Assembly: GCA_964367355.1 (NCBI GenBank)
Contig: CAYIWY010000006.1
Span: forward strand, 15,968 to 79,967
Length of the DNA stretch: 64,000 bases
Source: an uncultured Gammaproteobacteria bacterium
Lineage (GTDB): Bacteria > Patescibacteriota > Microgenomatia > Woykebacterales > RBG-16-39-9b
Direction: 5' to 3'
Shown: positions 47,330 through 57,691 of the stretch, piece by piece
How the letters are laid out: each line of letters begins with the position of its first letter
How positions within the stretch are numbered: the first letter of the stretch is position 1
Notes under the pieces: model-generated
Told to the model about the DNA's origin: nothing
Seen by the model: the letters and a program-made list of their open reading frames with translations, nothing else
Databases searched by the model: none
Translations under genes and position numbers: made by a program

Positions 47330-48262
47330 CTAACTGGCGGTATGAATGTATTTTATACCAATTGCATATACCCCACCTTTAGCGATTCTGTCTGGGTAAT
47401 CTGCAAAAGCATTTAGGGTGTCTTTGGCCTCCGACGCGGATTTACTATATGGATAAATTTCAAGGAAATTTTCTGACTGGAGTAAACTTTCAAGTGATGG
47501 GTAATGATGAATAAAACCAACTTCAATAAATTTTGCGTGCCCCATTTTTGAACTAATAAATTTTATTATTTCTCCTACTTTAAGCACCTCTAAGTTATGA
47601 CCAGCTAATGAAGCACGAACCACTATCTTTATCATTTCCTTATCTAAAAATTCAAATGTTTTTTCTTCTAAGTACATCGACCAGACTCTTTTTCCACCAA
47701 CAATTCCATAAATATCCCAAACATGTTTTGAAAATGGCGAAAACTCGACGACGACTTCAGGAAAATCTTTAAACGATTTAAATCTGATATCAGGGTAGTT
47801 TGTTTCATTGATTGTTAATTCCCGAACGCTCCACTGCTCACCAAGTGAAACTGTTTCGGAATTAACAGCAGGCATCTGCACAATCCTTCCTTGAATCCGA
47901 AAAACCGGTGAGCGTCTATCCAGATCGTACTTATTATTACCGCTATTCCGGTATTTTTGTTCCAGTACAACTTTTTCCCATTCTAAAAGTTCTCTATGTA
48001 CTAATTTTTCTTTAAAAGCTCCCTCAACAAAACTTTCGGACTCTTCCAGTTCGCCTTGTTTTTTAACTCCCCATCTAAATTTCAAGTACGCTAAAAAAGA
48101 AATAACCAAGAAACCAGCTAAAGCCAGGGTATATTCATTAAAAACTAATCGAGAAACAATATCTTGTGTTTCTGGAACGCTAATTGCTAAAAATAGCAGT
48201 AAAGCTACAATAGCTATGAAAGAAATTGAAAATATCAGCAAACCCTTTGGATTAAGCTTCAT
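47330..48262 (-). CDS. Membrane protein with unknown central domain and C-terminal ASCH-like domain
   Basis: Two TMs. Shares RSPVF.IQGR and EVVVE.SP..KHVW with its neighbour. C-terminus LKVGEIIKF...YPSLESLL...GVYAIGI. Confidence 0.7.
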   Translation of the reverse strand: MKLNPKGLLIFSISFIAIVALLLFLAISVPETQDIVSRLVFNEYTLALAGFLVISFLAYLKFRWGVKKQGELEESESFVEGAFKEKLVHRELLEWEKVVLEQKYRNSGNNKYDLDRRSPVFRIQGRIVQMPAVNSETVSLGEQWSVRELTINETNYPDIRFKSFKDFPEVVVEFSPFSKHVWDIYGIVGGKRVWSMYLEEKTFEFLDKEMIKIVVRASLAGHNLEVLKVGEIIKFISSKMGHAKFIEVGFIHHYPSLESLLQSENFLEIYPYSKSASEAKDTLNAFADYPDRIAKGGVYAIGIKYIHTAS

Positions 48263-48298
48263 TATTTAAATTTTAAACTTTTTGGAAAGAAAACTAAA

Positions 48299-49012
48299 CT
48301 AAATATCCTCTGCCTTGTATATTTTCCAAACGTGTTTGGTCCGTGGACTATACTCAACTACTACCTCATCGCCTTCTTGAATGGAATCAAAGATTTTTCT
48401 CACCTCATCGTTATTAAATTGGCTGGAAAATATTATATTTCTGACTGTGATGTAATAATAAAATGGTTGATCTCCTTTTTTTCCATCCGTAGCTTTTTGC
48501 GCTCTTCCTTGAATTCCAAACACTGGTGAACGTAAATCTAAATAACTTGGTCGTTCTCTTAAAGAAATTTGGATGATCCACGCTTGAAGTGGGATAACAA
48601 GTGGCCCAAAAAACAGTATTAAAGATTCCTGCAAGTTAAGTGGGTTGGTATCTATGAGTTCTTTGATAATTGGAGGCAAAGTTATCATCAAAAATACGTC
48701 TATTACAAGGAGAAAAGGAATTATAGCCCAGGGAAAGTTTTTAAACCTTGAAAAGTTTCTGGATAATTTTGTAAGCTCTCTACTTTCTGCTTCAGTTAAA
48801 TCTCTTAAAATCCTAGCCTCTTCAATACCACCCTCTTGTAAAGTTTCAATTCTTTCCTCTTTTACAATTTCTTTAGACCTTATAACTTTTTTGGCAATAT
48901 AAATTATAACTAATATTGGAACAGTAACAGCAAAAAGAGGAATGATAAGAAAGATAATTACTAATAAGACTAAGGCAAAGATACCTTCAATGTTCGCTAA
49001 TAAACCATCCAT
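48299..49012 (-). CDS. Membrane protein, paralog of the downstream gene
   Basis: Three TMs, LDLRSPVFGIQGR, EVVVEYSPRTKHVWKIY. Confidence 0.75.
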   Translation of the reverse strand: MDGLLANIEGIFALVLLVIIFLIIPLFAVTVPILVIIYIAKKVIRSKEIVKEERIETLQEGGIEEARILRDLTEAESRELTKLSRNFSRFKNFPWAIIPFLLVIDVFLMITLPPIIKELIDTNPLNLQESLILFFGPLVIPLQAWIIQISLRERPSYLDLRSPVFGIQGRAQKATDGKKGDQPFYYYITVRNIIFSSQFNNDEVRKIFDSIQEGDEVVVEYSPRTKHVWKIYKAEDI

Positions 49013-49015
49013 ACT

Positions 49016-49591
49016 CTAGATTTTAAACTTTTTGGAGAGAAAAGTGTTAAGGGTCTCTTGTTCTTTGGCCGGAAGCAGACCCAAAACACTGTGGAAGTAA
49101 CCCTGCACTATCAGTCTTTTTGACTCTATCTGACCTATTCCTTTACTCGTTAAATAAAAGAGTTGTTCGCTGTCAACTGGTCCAACAGTTGAAGCATGTC
49201 CCGCTTTAACTTCATTTTCATCGATCTCAAGGGAAGGAATTGCCTCGGCCTTGGCTTGTTTCGAAAGCAGTAGAGCGTCTTCGCGGAAGTAAGTGTTGGT
49301 GTTTTTCGCACCTTTTTTGATTTTTACTAACCCGTAAAAGTTACCAACAGCTTGGTCAGTCAAAACTGACTTTATTAAAGTATCCGAAAAAGTATCTTCA
49401 CCAACATGATAGATATTAATATTCAGTTTTACTTGATCAGAATTTGCCAAAAACAAAGCTCCGAGAATAGTAAGTCTCGATCCTCTACCCACAAGAGCTG
49501 CATTGACATTAATTTCCTCTGAACCTCCTGTCCAAACTAAAGGTAATATTTTTTCTTGATTTTCTTTTAAATTTAAATTAATGTTTTTCAT
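49016..49591 (-). CDS. sufD: Short SufD (C-terminal beta-helix only)
   Basis: PSLEIDENEVKAGHASTVG and QLFYL. Confidence 0.88.
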   Translation of the reverse strand: MKNINLNLKENQEKILPLVWTGGSEEINVNAALVGRGSRLTILGALFLANSDQVKLNINIYHVGEDTFSDTLIKSVLTDQAVGNFYGLVKIKKGAKNTNTYFREDALLLSKQAKAEAIPSLEIDENEVKAGHASTVGPVDSEQLFYLTSKGIGQIESKRLIVQGYFHSVLGLLPAKEQETLNTFLSKKFKI

Positions 49592-50129
49592 TTAGGAACT
49601 TTTTTAATTTTTTCAAGGCTTCTTTTCGAGTGGAAACTTGATTTTTCTCTTCAGGAAGCATTTCTGCATAGGTTTTTTCAAAACCATCGGGTTGGAAAAT
49701 ACGATCCCATTCCCAACCATATTCACCTCTTTGCTCTTTTGTAATTGATCCTTTTGTGGTTGCTGAGAATACTTTTGCCCCTGATTCATCACAGTAACCA
49801 ATCGAAATTTTGACTTCTGCGGTTCTATTTTTTTCTCTATCCAACATATTTAAAAAACCATCTACACCAACAGTCTCTTTTGTAAACCAAACAATTAGCG
49901 CTCCTGGCAAACCTTGCCAGGCCACAATAGATAGAGAGGAATCCTCTACAATCAAAGGCTTTTTTAATCGCGCGTAAGCATCTTCAGCTTTTTTCAAAGC
50001 CACTTTATCTGAATCAAGTTCTTGGATTTCATGAATGTCCAGGTCCCTTGAATCAAGTACCATTCCAAGAATCTGGCCAAATTCTCGAACTTTATTTTGA
50101 TTACCAGTAACAAGAATTAAGTCTTTCAT
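49578..50129 (-). CDS. rdgB: Non-canonical purine NTP pyrophosphatase (Ham1/RdgB/ITPase)
   Basis: VTGNQNKVRE, EIQE, VEDSSL, GLPG, GWEWDRIF, EKNQVSTR. Confidence 0.9.
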   Translation of the reverse strand: MKDLILVTGNQNKVREFGQILGMVLDSRDLDIHEIQELDSDKVALKKAEDAYARLKKPLIVEDSSLSIVAWQGLPGALIVWFTKETVGVDGFLNMLDREKNRTAEVKISIGYCDESGAKVFSATTKGSITKEQRGEYGWEWDRIFQPDGFEKTYAEMLPEEKNQVSTRKEALKKLKKFLNEKH

Positions 50130-51539
50130 TTAACCTACTGCTCCGATCATCTCAAGTTGAATCAAACGATTCAGTTCAAGAGCATATTCAAGTGGAAGTT
50201 CCTTAACGATTGGCTCAATGAATCCGTTGACGATCATTGAAGTTGCATCGTTCTCACTCATCCCCCGGCTCATTAAGTAAAAGAGTTGATCCTCACCGAT
50301 TTTGGAAACACTGGCTTCATGGCCAATATTGACATCTTCTTCATCAATTTGCATGGTTGGATAAGTATCACTGCGGGAATTGCCGTCAAGAATTAGAGCG
50401 TCGCAGCGAACGTTAGCTTTGACACCAGAGGCTCCTTTAATCACTTTCAACATTCCCCGGTAAGAAGTCCGACCACCGTCTTTGGAAATGGATTTGGAAA
50501 TAATTTGCGAACTAGTATCGGGCGCTAAGTGAATTGCTTTACCGCCAGCGTCTTGATGTTGGCCTTTACCTGCAAAAGCAACTGACAAGATTTCTCCCCG
50601 AGCGCCACGACCACGCAAGTAAACACTTGGATATTTCATCGTAATTTTTGAGCCGATGTTGCCGTCGACCCATTCCATAACCGCGTTTTCATCAACAAAG
50701 GCTCTTTTAGTGACTAGATTGTAAACATTATTGGACCAGTTTTGGATCGTGGTGTAGCGGAAGCGGGCGTTCTTTTTAACAAAAATTTCCACGACCGCCG
50801 CGTGGAGTGAATCAGTCGTATAAATCGGCGCGGTGCAACCTTCAACATAATGCGCCTGCGCTCCTTCATCAATAATGATTAAAGTCCGCTCAAATTGGCC
50901 CATGTTGGCCGCATTGATACGGAAGTAGGCCTGCAAGGGAACATCAACTTTAACTCCAGGCGGGACGTAAATAAAACTCCCACCGGACCAAACTGCAGAA
51001 TTTAAAGCAGCTAACTTATTGTCAGCTGGTGGAATTGCTTTGGCAAAATATTCTTTAAAAAACTCTGGGTATTTTTGTAATGCTGAATCAGTATCGAGAA
51101 AAATTACCCCCTTTTTCTCCCACTCTTTTTTGATCGAGTGGTAGATTACTTCACTGTCGTACTGAGCACCAACTCCAGCCAAAAGCTTTTTTTCAGCTTC
51201 GGGAATTCCAATCTTGTCATAAGTATCACGAATTTCTTCCGGTAAATCTTCCCAGGTTTTGCTCTGCTTCTCAGTTGGCTTAATATAATAATAAATATCG
51301 TCGTAATTAATGGTTGAAAGGTCAGCACCCCAAGTTGGTTGCTTTTTTGCTTCAAAAATCTTCAAGGCCTTCAATCGAAAATCCAGCATCCACTCCGGTT
51401 CGCTCTTGTGAGCGGAGATTTCCTGGACAACACTCTCATCTAAACCTTTTTTCGATTTAAAAAAAGAAATATCTTTTTTTGCGAACCCGTACTTTTCGCG
51501 GTATGTTTGATTAATTTCAACCTGTGCAACTTTTGGCAT
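50130..51539 (-). CDS. sufB: Fe-S cluster assembly protein SufB
   Basis: [37 protein letters not shown]. Start likely MPKV (51539) or 51557. Confidence 0.97.
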   Translation of the reverse strand: MPKVAQVEINQTYREKYGFAKKDISFFKSKKGLDESVVQEISAHKSEPEWMLDFRLKALKIFEAKKQPTWGADLSTINYDDIYYYIKPTEKQSKTWEDLPEEIRDTYDKIGIPEAEKKLLAGVGAQYDSEVIYHSIKKEWEKKGVIFLDTDSALQKYPEFFKEYFAKAIPPADNKLAALNSAVWSGGSFIYVPPGVKVDVPLQAYFRINAANMGQFERTLIIIDEGAQAHYVEGCTAPIYTTDSLHAAVVEIFVKKNARFRYTTIQNWSNNVYNLVTKRAFVDENAVMEWVDGNIGSKITMKYPSVYLRGRGARGEILSVAFAGKGQHQDAGGKAIHLAPDTSSQIISKSISKDGGRTSYRGMLKVIKGASGVKANVRCDALILDGNSRSDTYPTMQIDEEDVNIGHEASVSKIGEDQLFYLMSRGMSENDATSMIVNGFIEPIVKELPLEYALELNRLIQLEMIGAVG

Positions 51540-51551
51540 ATTGTTTTCATT

Positions 51552-51607
51552 TGTCATCTCGAACGTCAGTGAGAGATCTCTCGTCACCAGCGCTCCTCGA
51601 GATGACA
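51552..51607. repeat. REP-like palindromic element, copy 2
   Basis: TGTCATCTCGAAC..GTGAGAGATCTCTC..TCGAGATGACA directly after the sufC stop codon. Confidence 0.8.
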
Positions 51608-52330
51608 TTACATCTGAGCGTAACCAGTACTTTCAATCTCTTCAGCTAGTTTATAGTCCCCGCTTTTGACAATCTTGCCGTCAACCAGGATGTGGACAAA
51701 GTCTGGCTTGACGTACTTCAAAATTCGCTGGTAATGGGTGATTAACAAAATCCCAATCTCAGATCCGGCAACATTACTAATGCCTTTTGAAACGGTTTTG
51801 AGTGCGTCAACATCCAGTCCGGAATCAGTTTCGTCGAGAATCGCGTATTTTGGCTTTAAAATGGAGAGTTGCAAAATTTCTGCCTTCTTCTTCTCTCCTC
51901 CGGAAAAGCCATCATTAATACTTCGAGTTAAGAACTTTTCGTCCATTTTTAGATTTTTCATTTCCTTTTTTACTATTTTTTGAAACTCAAGGGCTGACAC
52001 TTGTTGACTCTCGAGATTTTTGTTAGCGGATCGAAGTAGGTTGAAGACAGAAACCCCAGGTACAGCCACCGGGTACTGCATTGCTAAAAACAAACCGAGT
52101 TTAGCTCGTTTGTCTGGAGTTATTAAATTAATGTTTCTACCGTCAAGAAGTATTTTCCCGGCAGTTATTTTGTAGCGCGGATGCCCCATTAACGCTAATG
52201 ACAAAGAGGATTTCCCCGAACCGTTCGGTCCCATGACGGCGTGAACCTCACCTTTATTTATTTTAAGGTTAACGCCTTTAAGGATTTCTTTGTTGTCAGT
52301 CGAAACGTGGAGGTTTTTAATTTCCAACAT
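51608..52330 (-). CDS. sufC: Fe-S cluster assembly ATPase SufC
   Basis: [37 protein letters not shown]. Confidence 0.97.
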   Translation of the reverse strand: MLEIKNLHVSTDNKEILKGVNLKINKGEVHAVMGPNGSGKSSLSLALMGHPRYKITAGKILLDGRNINLITPDKRAKLGLFLAMQYPVAVPGVSVFNLLRSANKNLESQQVSALEFQKIVKKEMKNLKMDEKFLTRSINDGFSGGEKKKAEILQLSILKPKYAILDETDSGLDVDALKTVSKGISNVAGSEIGILLITHYQRILKYVKPDFVHILVDGKIVKSGDYKLAEEIESTGYAQM

Positions 52331-52402
52331 ATAGTAAACAAGAATACAAGAGAAACAAGTTTTAGGCAAACTCTTCTGGATTGGTAACAAAAAGAATGTA
52401 GT

Positions 52403-52624
52403 TCATTTTTGTTTTCCTTTATTCAACCATTCGAGAAACCACTTTACAATCATTATCAAAACAAATACCCAGCTAAAATAATAAGCAAACAATACATACG
52501 TTCCTAAGATAAGTAAATCAATTGTAACTTTTTGAAGTTCATGTGGGAATAGAAGTTCATAAAGAATAGAAGTTGTTGAAAAAAGTAAATAAATTATCAA
52601 TAAGGCGAAGATTAGTTTTTTCAT
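52403..52624 (-). CDS. Small membrane protein
   Basis: 73 aa, two hydrophobic segments. Confidence 0.55.
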   Translation of the reverse strand: MKKLIFALLIIYLLFSTTSILYELLFPHELQKVTIDLLILGTYVLFAYYFSWVFVLIMIVKWFLEWLNKGKQK

Positions 52625-52678
52625 TAATTTTTTATCACCTCTAAACTTCTTTTTGTTACAAAGGTTGATAAATATTGT

Positions 52679-52888
52679 TTAAGGAAAGATTTGTTTACCA
52701 TTTTCGTCTTCGAGAATAATCGCTAAAACCGGACAGCTTTTAGCAGCGTCAATAATTCTGTCATCTGGTGCTCCGTTTGGATCCTTAACCACAGCTTTTA
52801 GCTCGCTATCCAACTCGAAAACCTCTGGAGCAATGACACTGCAAGTTCCAGCACCAATACAAAGATTTCTATCAATTTTTACTTTCAT
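52679..52888 (-). CDS. Ferredoxin (probable 3Fe-4S type)
   Basis: CIGAGTC...CPVLAI. Confidence 0.9.
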   Translation of the reverse strand: MKVKIDRNLCIGAGTCSVIAPEVFELDSELKAVVKDPNGAPDDRIIDAAKSCPVLAIILEDENGKQIFP

Positions 52889-52921
52889 TCTCTTCCTTTT
52901 GATGAATGCAACATTCTGATT

Positions 52922-53845
52922 TTACCTTTCACGTAAAGCCTTTCGTAAAACCTTGCCTTGTCTGTATAAAACTGCAAGAGCTTGTTTTAACCAAACTTGA
53001 ATTTGTCTTTGATGATAAACGACAAAGTAAGCAATACTAGCATAAATAATCCCAGCAATAACATCAATGACATAGTGTTCTCCCAAATAAACAACCGAGA
53101 TCCAAACTAATACGGGGTAAATAAGGAAAGTATAACCAACCTTCTTATTAAAGCTTCTCAGTGCCAAAAAAGCCAACCAAGGGTAGGCTGAGTGCAAGCT
53201 TGGCATAGCCGCTACTTGATTTGGGTTGAGCTGGTGGTAAATTGTCGATAAATCCCAACCCCAGCCAATCTGAGAAATAACAATGTCAATTATTTTTTTG
53301 ATCTCGATTAGATGAGCGTTCTGAGCGGCATACCAAGGTGGGGCTGCGGGATAAAATAAAAAAGTGATAAATCCTGAAAACGATAGGAAAAGGAGAGCAA
53401 TTACAAATTTCCAATAAGACTTTTTGTCCTTTATCCATAAATAAAACGCAACAACTAAAGGCAGTGGAAAATGAAGAAAATCAATAATTACAGCGGCAAT
53501 ATCCCAAGGTGCAATCTGGGCTGGATTGAAAAAGATTTTTTGCAGTTCAACGCCAGGTAAAAAACCAAAGAGTGACTGTTCCAGATTCACTAATTCGGCA
53601 ATATGCACCTTAAAACCAGCTGTATCAACAAAACCACGCAGCATCTCATAGCTAAGCAATAAAGCGATGAAGGGTACCCAGTCTCTTAAAAAACTTTTGG
53701 TCCGACCAATTATCACTGCCCCGAAAAGTAGGATAACAAAAAACCGGTCTGGGGTAATCGAAATATTGCGGCTCAACATAAAAAATACAATCGAGAGCAA
53801 ATACCCGATTAATAAAATATTGATGATTTTATTACGCTCAAACAT
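52922..53845 (-). CDS. PAP2_3 / inositol-phosphorylceramide-synthase (Aur1)-like membrane phosphotransferase
   Basis: PAAPPWY, AAMPSLH, HYVIDVIAG. Confidence 0.85.
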   Translation of the reverse strand: MFERNKIINILLIGYLLSIVFFMLSRNISITPDRFFVILLFGAVIIGRTKSFLRDWVPFIALLLSYEMLRGFVDTAGFKVHIAELVNLEQSLFGFLPGVELQKIFFNPAQIAPWDIAAVIIDFLHFPLPLVVAFYLWIKDKKSYWKFVIALLFLSFSGFITFLFYPAAPPWYAAQNAHLIEIKKIIDIVISQIGWGWDLSTIYHQLNPNQVAAMPSLHSAYPWLAFLALRSFNKKVGYTFLIYPVLVWISVVYLGEHYVIDVIAGIIYASIAYFVVYHQRQIQVWLKQALAVLYRQGKVLRKALRER

Positions 53846-53892
53846 TTAATTATCTTATTAAAGGCAAGCTATTTTATTTTTGGCAAAAGAAA

Positions 53893-54699
53893 TTACCAAG
53901 TTCCAAATTTCTGTAAATATTCTTCAAGAATCAGACCTGCGTTAACCATTGTTTGGGCATTATTAACGCCAATATAGCGAAAGTGCCAGGGTTCATAACT
54001 ATAACCTGTCACTGTTTCTTTTCCAGCAGGATAACTAATAACAAACCCATATTTATAAGAATTGCCCTCTAACCACATCCCCTCTGGGGTCTTACCAAAA
54101 CTATCGCTAAAAGTTGATTTTCCGACTGCCCCAATATCAACCGCAGTACCTAATTGATGTTGACTGAAACCAGGCTTGGCACTAAAACTCTCAGCGTTTT
54201 TTAGTCCAGCTGAAGCAACCCACCCATTAAAAACACTTACCTGGTCTTGGTAGGAGCGATAGGCTGAAACAATTGTCAGATCAAGCCCTTCGCTTTTTGC
54301 CGCAGCAAGCATTTGTAGTAACTTATCAGCTGTTTCAACTCGCAATTTTGCACCGGTAAAACCCGAGATATCAACTAAATCAGCTGGGGCATAACTTGAT
54401 GGAAGTCGAATCTTTTTATTAATCAAAACTAGCAAATTATCCCCTTTATCTGTGGTGACAATGGTGATGGGTAGAACAACTTTGGCTCCCAAAATCTGAT
54501 CTTTGATACTAACAGCCGCGACACTGGCTTCTGGTTTAGTAAATTTACGATTATTTAAAGTAGTCGTCACTTCTGGTTTTAACTGACCGTAAATTCCAGC
54601 TTTACCAAGGGGCCAATTAACAATGTAGAAATACCCTCCAAAAATTGCTAGGATTAAAACTACAACCGGAATCAAAATTAAAATAATCTTTTTACTCAT
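53893..54699 (-). CDS. M15B D-Ala-D-Ala carboxypeptidase (VanY-like)
   Basis: SAYRS, SQHQLGTAVD, YEPWHFRY. Confidence 0.92.
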   Translation of the reverse strand: MSKKIILILIPVVVLILAIFGGYFYIVNWPLGKAGIYGQLKPEVTTTLNNRKFTKPEASVAAVSIKDQILGAKVVLPITIVTTDKGDNLLVLINKKIRLPSSYAPADLVDISGFTGAKLRVETADKLLQMLAAAKSEGLDLTIVSAYRSYQDQVSVFNGWVASAGLKNAESFSAKPGFSQHQLGTAVDIGAVGKSTFSDSFGKTPEGMWLEGNSYKYGFVISYPAGKETVTGYSYEPWHFRYIGVNNAQTMVNAGLILEEYLQKFGTW

Positions 54700-56657
54700 T
54701 TCTTACTCTTTTTAAGTAATTTGGCTACAAACAACAATAATAGGCTTACAAAACTTACGCTACCAGCTAAATATTGGTACCAAAGTATTTCATATTTGAA
54801 AGCAATTTGGCCACTTGCCACAACTGTCATAAAATTTGGGCTGGTTTGGTAAATCTTAATCGGCTTACCGTTTTGATATGCCCTCCAATTTGGAGAGTAG
54901 GAGAATTTTACTAAAATTGGCTGCTTTAATTTTGAGTTTGAGTTCAGAGTAAAACTGCTCCAATTTTTATTATGCCGAGTTACAGTAATTTCTACAGAGT
55001 CGGCTGTTCGCTGAGGTAGTGCTTTCTCGTTCTTATTGATCTTAATTAATAACTCATTTAAAGCTCCTTTTTCTACCCACCACTCCCGGACCCTAGAGCT
55101 CCAGTTTGCTTTTATTGAAGTTAATTTGTATTTTGGGACTTCAGCTAGATTTTGTTCTTCTCTCGCGATAACAAAAAGGTCTAAACTGTTGTTTCTTGAT
55201 TGTTTAAAAAAGTTTGTGTAGAGAAGCCCTTCGACCCCAAATAAATCGAGGGCAGTTTTTAATCGACCTGTATCGATTGTTTTTTCTTCAATCAGGTTTG
55301 TCTTCGCCCTGGAATAATCTTCGGGAGAAAAGCTACGAATCAAAGAGCCGATAAACGGCCCATTTTGGTTCGCGTCAGAAAACAAACCATAAGCCCAGGG
55401 GGAATTCTTTGTAATCTGAAGTTTAGTTTGTGCTGAATAAATAAAAGGGTAGACCCTATTTCGACTAAAGGTTTCAAGAAACCGACCTGTTATTTTGTCG
55501 GGATTTAAGATCTTGGTTTGATCTTTGGCAACTAAAACCGGGGATCTAAGTACAAAGATCAAAAATCCGGCGATTATCGGGGCAAAGGCTAAAAAGTACA
55601 ATCTTGATTTCACTTTTCCAAGATTGGTGTATAACCAGGTCACGGGAAAATAACTAACTAAAACGGCAGTTAAAATAAACTCGTAGATCTGAAGACGGTA
55701 GAGATGGAAATTGTAAATTCGGTCAAATATGTAGGTGCCGGTTAGTAGTTTCTCGACAAAATAATCAGTGGCAGTAAGTAAACTTAAAAGAATCACGCAA
55801 AAAGCAATTATCTGGACCGACTCCCTCTTTTTCTTTGATCGATAGAGAAAAATCGTCAAGGCAACTAATAAACAAGCAATATTCGGCAACCCAAGAGAGC
55901 TTAGGTGGACACTGGAACTTATTTGCCCACTTTGTAAAATAAACGGCAGCCACCAGAACGCTGTCAGCAAAATAACACTAGTAAAGTGTAACAAATAATC
56001 TTTTATTGGTTTTCTGCCAACTACTTCTTTTGCTAACACCGAGATTAAAAAAATAATTGCGAAAAAACCAGCCACAAGATGAGTTAATACAACTAAAACC
56101 AGAAATAGTGTCGGCCAAAAGAGCCCAATCTTTCTTAGACGCAGTAAACTTCCAAGATAGGCAAAAACGAGTGGTGTGGAAACAAAACTTGGCAATAAAC
56201 CAACCTGAAAAAGTGCCTTCAAATCCGCGCCGAGGTAACCGGGTAGAAGAATTAACAGTAAAATCAGCAAACCAGAGACCAAAATTCTTTCTCGAATATC
56301 TTTGAAAATCGAAGCTATAAAATAATAAATGGCTGGTGGTAAAGTTAGAAGGGAAAGAGAAACAACTATTTTGGCTGCAATCTCTAGCTCAAAGAAAAAA
56401 TTTAAACTAGCCACTAGATAATGAAACAATGGTGGGTAGAATCTGCCTTGATCAAAACCAAGTAAGCTCAAAAAGTTCCAACCAGTGAAATGGGGCCAAA
56501 GATAGTTTTTCAAATACCAAGCCAAACCCACATGTCCTGAAGCATCATAAACAGCCAAACCATCGCGGGTAACATAAACGTAGACAAAGTAGGTGAAGGG
56601 TAAAATTAAAAACCCAACTAAGATAAGTTCCCAGTGCTTTTTAATTTGTGAAATCAT
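54696..56657 (-). CDS. Multi-TM GT-C-like protein (PTPS-related domain family)
   Basis: D..GH, FYPPL, LTHL, FWWLP and C-terminal SYSPNWRAY. Confidence 0.75.
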   Translation of the reverse strand: MISQIKKHWELILVGFLILPFTYFVYVYVTRDGLAVYDASGHVGLAWYLKNYLWPHFTGWNFLSLLGFDQGRFYPPLFHYLVASLNFFFELEIAAKIVVSLSLLTLPPAIYYFIASIFKDIRERILVSGLLILLLILLPGYLGADLKALFQVGLLPSFVSTPLVFAYLGSLLRLRKIGLFWPTLFLVLVVLTHLVAGFFAIIFLISVLAKEVVGRKPIKDYLLHFTSVILLTAFWWLPFILQSGQISSSVHLSSLGLPNIACLLVALTIFLYRSKKKRESVQIIAFCVILLSLLTATDYFVEKLLTGTYIFDRIYNFHLYRLQIYEFILTAVLVSYFPVTWLYTNLGKVKSRLYFLAFAPIIAGFLIFVLRSPVLVAKDQTKILNPDKITGRFLETFSRNRVYPFIYSAQTKLQITKNSPWAYGLFSDANQNGPFIGSLIRSFSPEDYSRAKTNLIEEKTIDTGRLKTALDLFGVEGLLYTNFFKQSRNNSLDLFVIAREEQNLAEVPKYKLTSIKANWSSRVREWWVEKGALNELLIKINKNEKALPQRTADSVEITVTRHNKNWSSFTLNSNSKLKQPILVKFSYSPNWRAYQNGKPIKIYQTSPNFMTVVASGQIAFKYEILWYQYLAGSVSFVSLLLLFVAKLLKKSKK

Positions 56658-57691
56658 ATTTTCAGTCTTTTTAACAAGCCTCTTGCCTGCTCGATAGTTG
56701 TCCCAAGATAGTAGGCTTTATTCAGAACTAAATCATAAGGTTTTTGGTAATAAACCTTCTTCCCTCCAAAACTTCTCTTGAATTCAGTGACCCCAGCCCA
56801 GGTATCGTTTGGATTATTATCTTTCGCTACTCCCCAAAAATCATACTTTGAAAAACCAGATTTTTTGGCATCTTCAATAATTTTCCATTGCATTAGGTAA
56901 GGCGCTCGCAGTTTCGGACTTTTCGAACTACTGGCAGCATGCAGGTACGTGACAGTATCGCCAAAGTAAATTACAATTGCGCAAGCTAGTATGTCTTGTC
57001 CAAACTCTTCTGGTTCATAAGCTAAAAACAATTTAGCCCTACTGCTGTTTTTAAAGGCAAGATACTGTTCTTTGTAGTAATCTTTATTTCTATAAAGATT
57101 GAAGTTATGGCGAATGGCAGTTTCCGAAAGTAATTTATTGAACAAGACAATATCGCTTTCATCTTCACTAAGAGTGACTCTGACACCTTTCCGTTCAACC
57201 CAACCAATATTGTAACGGGTTGAGTCACTCAAGTTACTTCTTAACTCCTCGAGTGATTTGGTTAGATCCAAAGTTAAGCTACAAGCTGGCTGAGTAAAGA
57301 GCGGTGCTTGTCTAAAACCAAGTTCAGTTAACAAAGCTTGGTTCTTCTCGATAAGTGTTCTTGGGTCAAATCGGATAAAACTCGCCTTTTCTGACTTTGC
57401 AATATTTAATATAGCCTCGACTAGGCTTTTTAAGTCTTCTCCCCAGTTATTGATAATCGGACCACCCGGAATGTAAAAAAACTCACCAAGTCGAGTTTTT
57501 AGTTGGAGTATCTGACAAAAACTGTTTATTTTCCCGTTCGTTTTTATCCCTAAACGAAAAACTTTGTTACCAATTTTTTGGTGAAACTGACCAAACTCAA
57601 ATGCCTGCAAAAAACTTGCTCCTGACATTTCCGGAAGTGAGTTGTTCCACATCTGTTGGTTTTCGATTTCTTCCCAGACAACTTTGCTCAT
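56654..57691 (-). CDS. FemABX-family peptidoglycan bridge aminoacyltransferase
   Basis: FLQ.FEFG, GGP, LDLT, TRYNI, YDFWG, FKRSFGG. Confidence 0.9.
   Translation of the reverse strand: MSKVVWEEIENQQMWNNSLPEMSGASFLQAFEFGQFHQKIGNKVFRLGIKTNGKINSFCQILQLKTRLGEFFYIPGGPIINNWGEDLKSLVEAILNIAKSEKASFIRFDPRTLIEKNQALLTELGFRQAPLFTQPACSLTLDLTKSLEELRSNLSDSTRYNIGWVERKGVRVTLSEDESDIVLFNKLLSETAIRHNFNLYRNKDYYKEQYLAFKNSSRAKLFLAYEPEEFGQDILACAIVIYFGDTVTYLHAASSSKSPKLRAPYLMQWKIIEDAKKSGFSKYDFWGVAKDNNPNDTWAGVTEFKRSFGGKKVYYQKPYDLVLNKAYYLGTTIEQARGLLKRLKI

Noticed and set aside
51540-51608. N-terminal extension [17 protein letters not shown] of SufB
   Set aside because: It is the translation of the REP-like element. The true start is probably 51539 or 51557.
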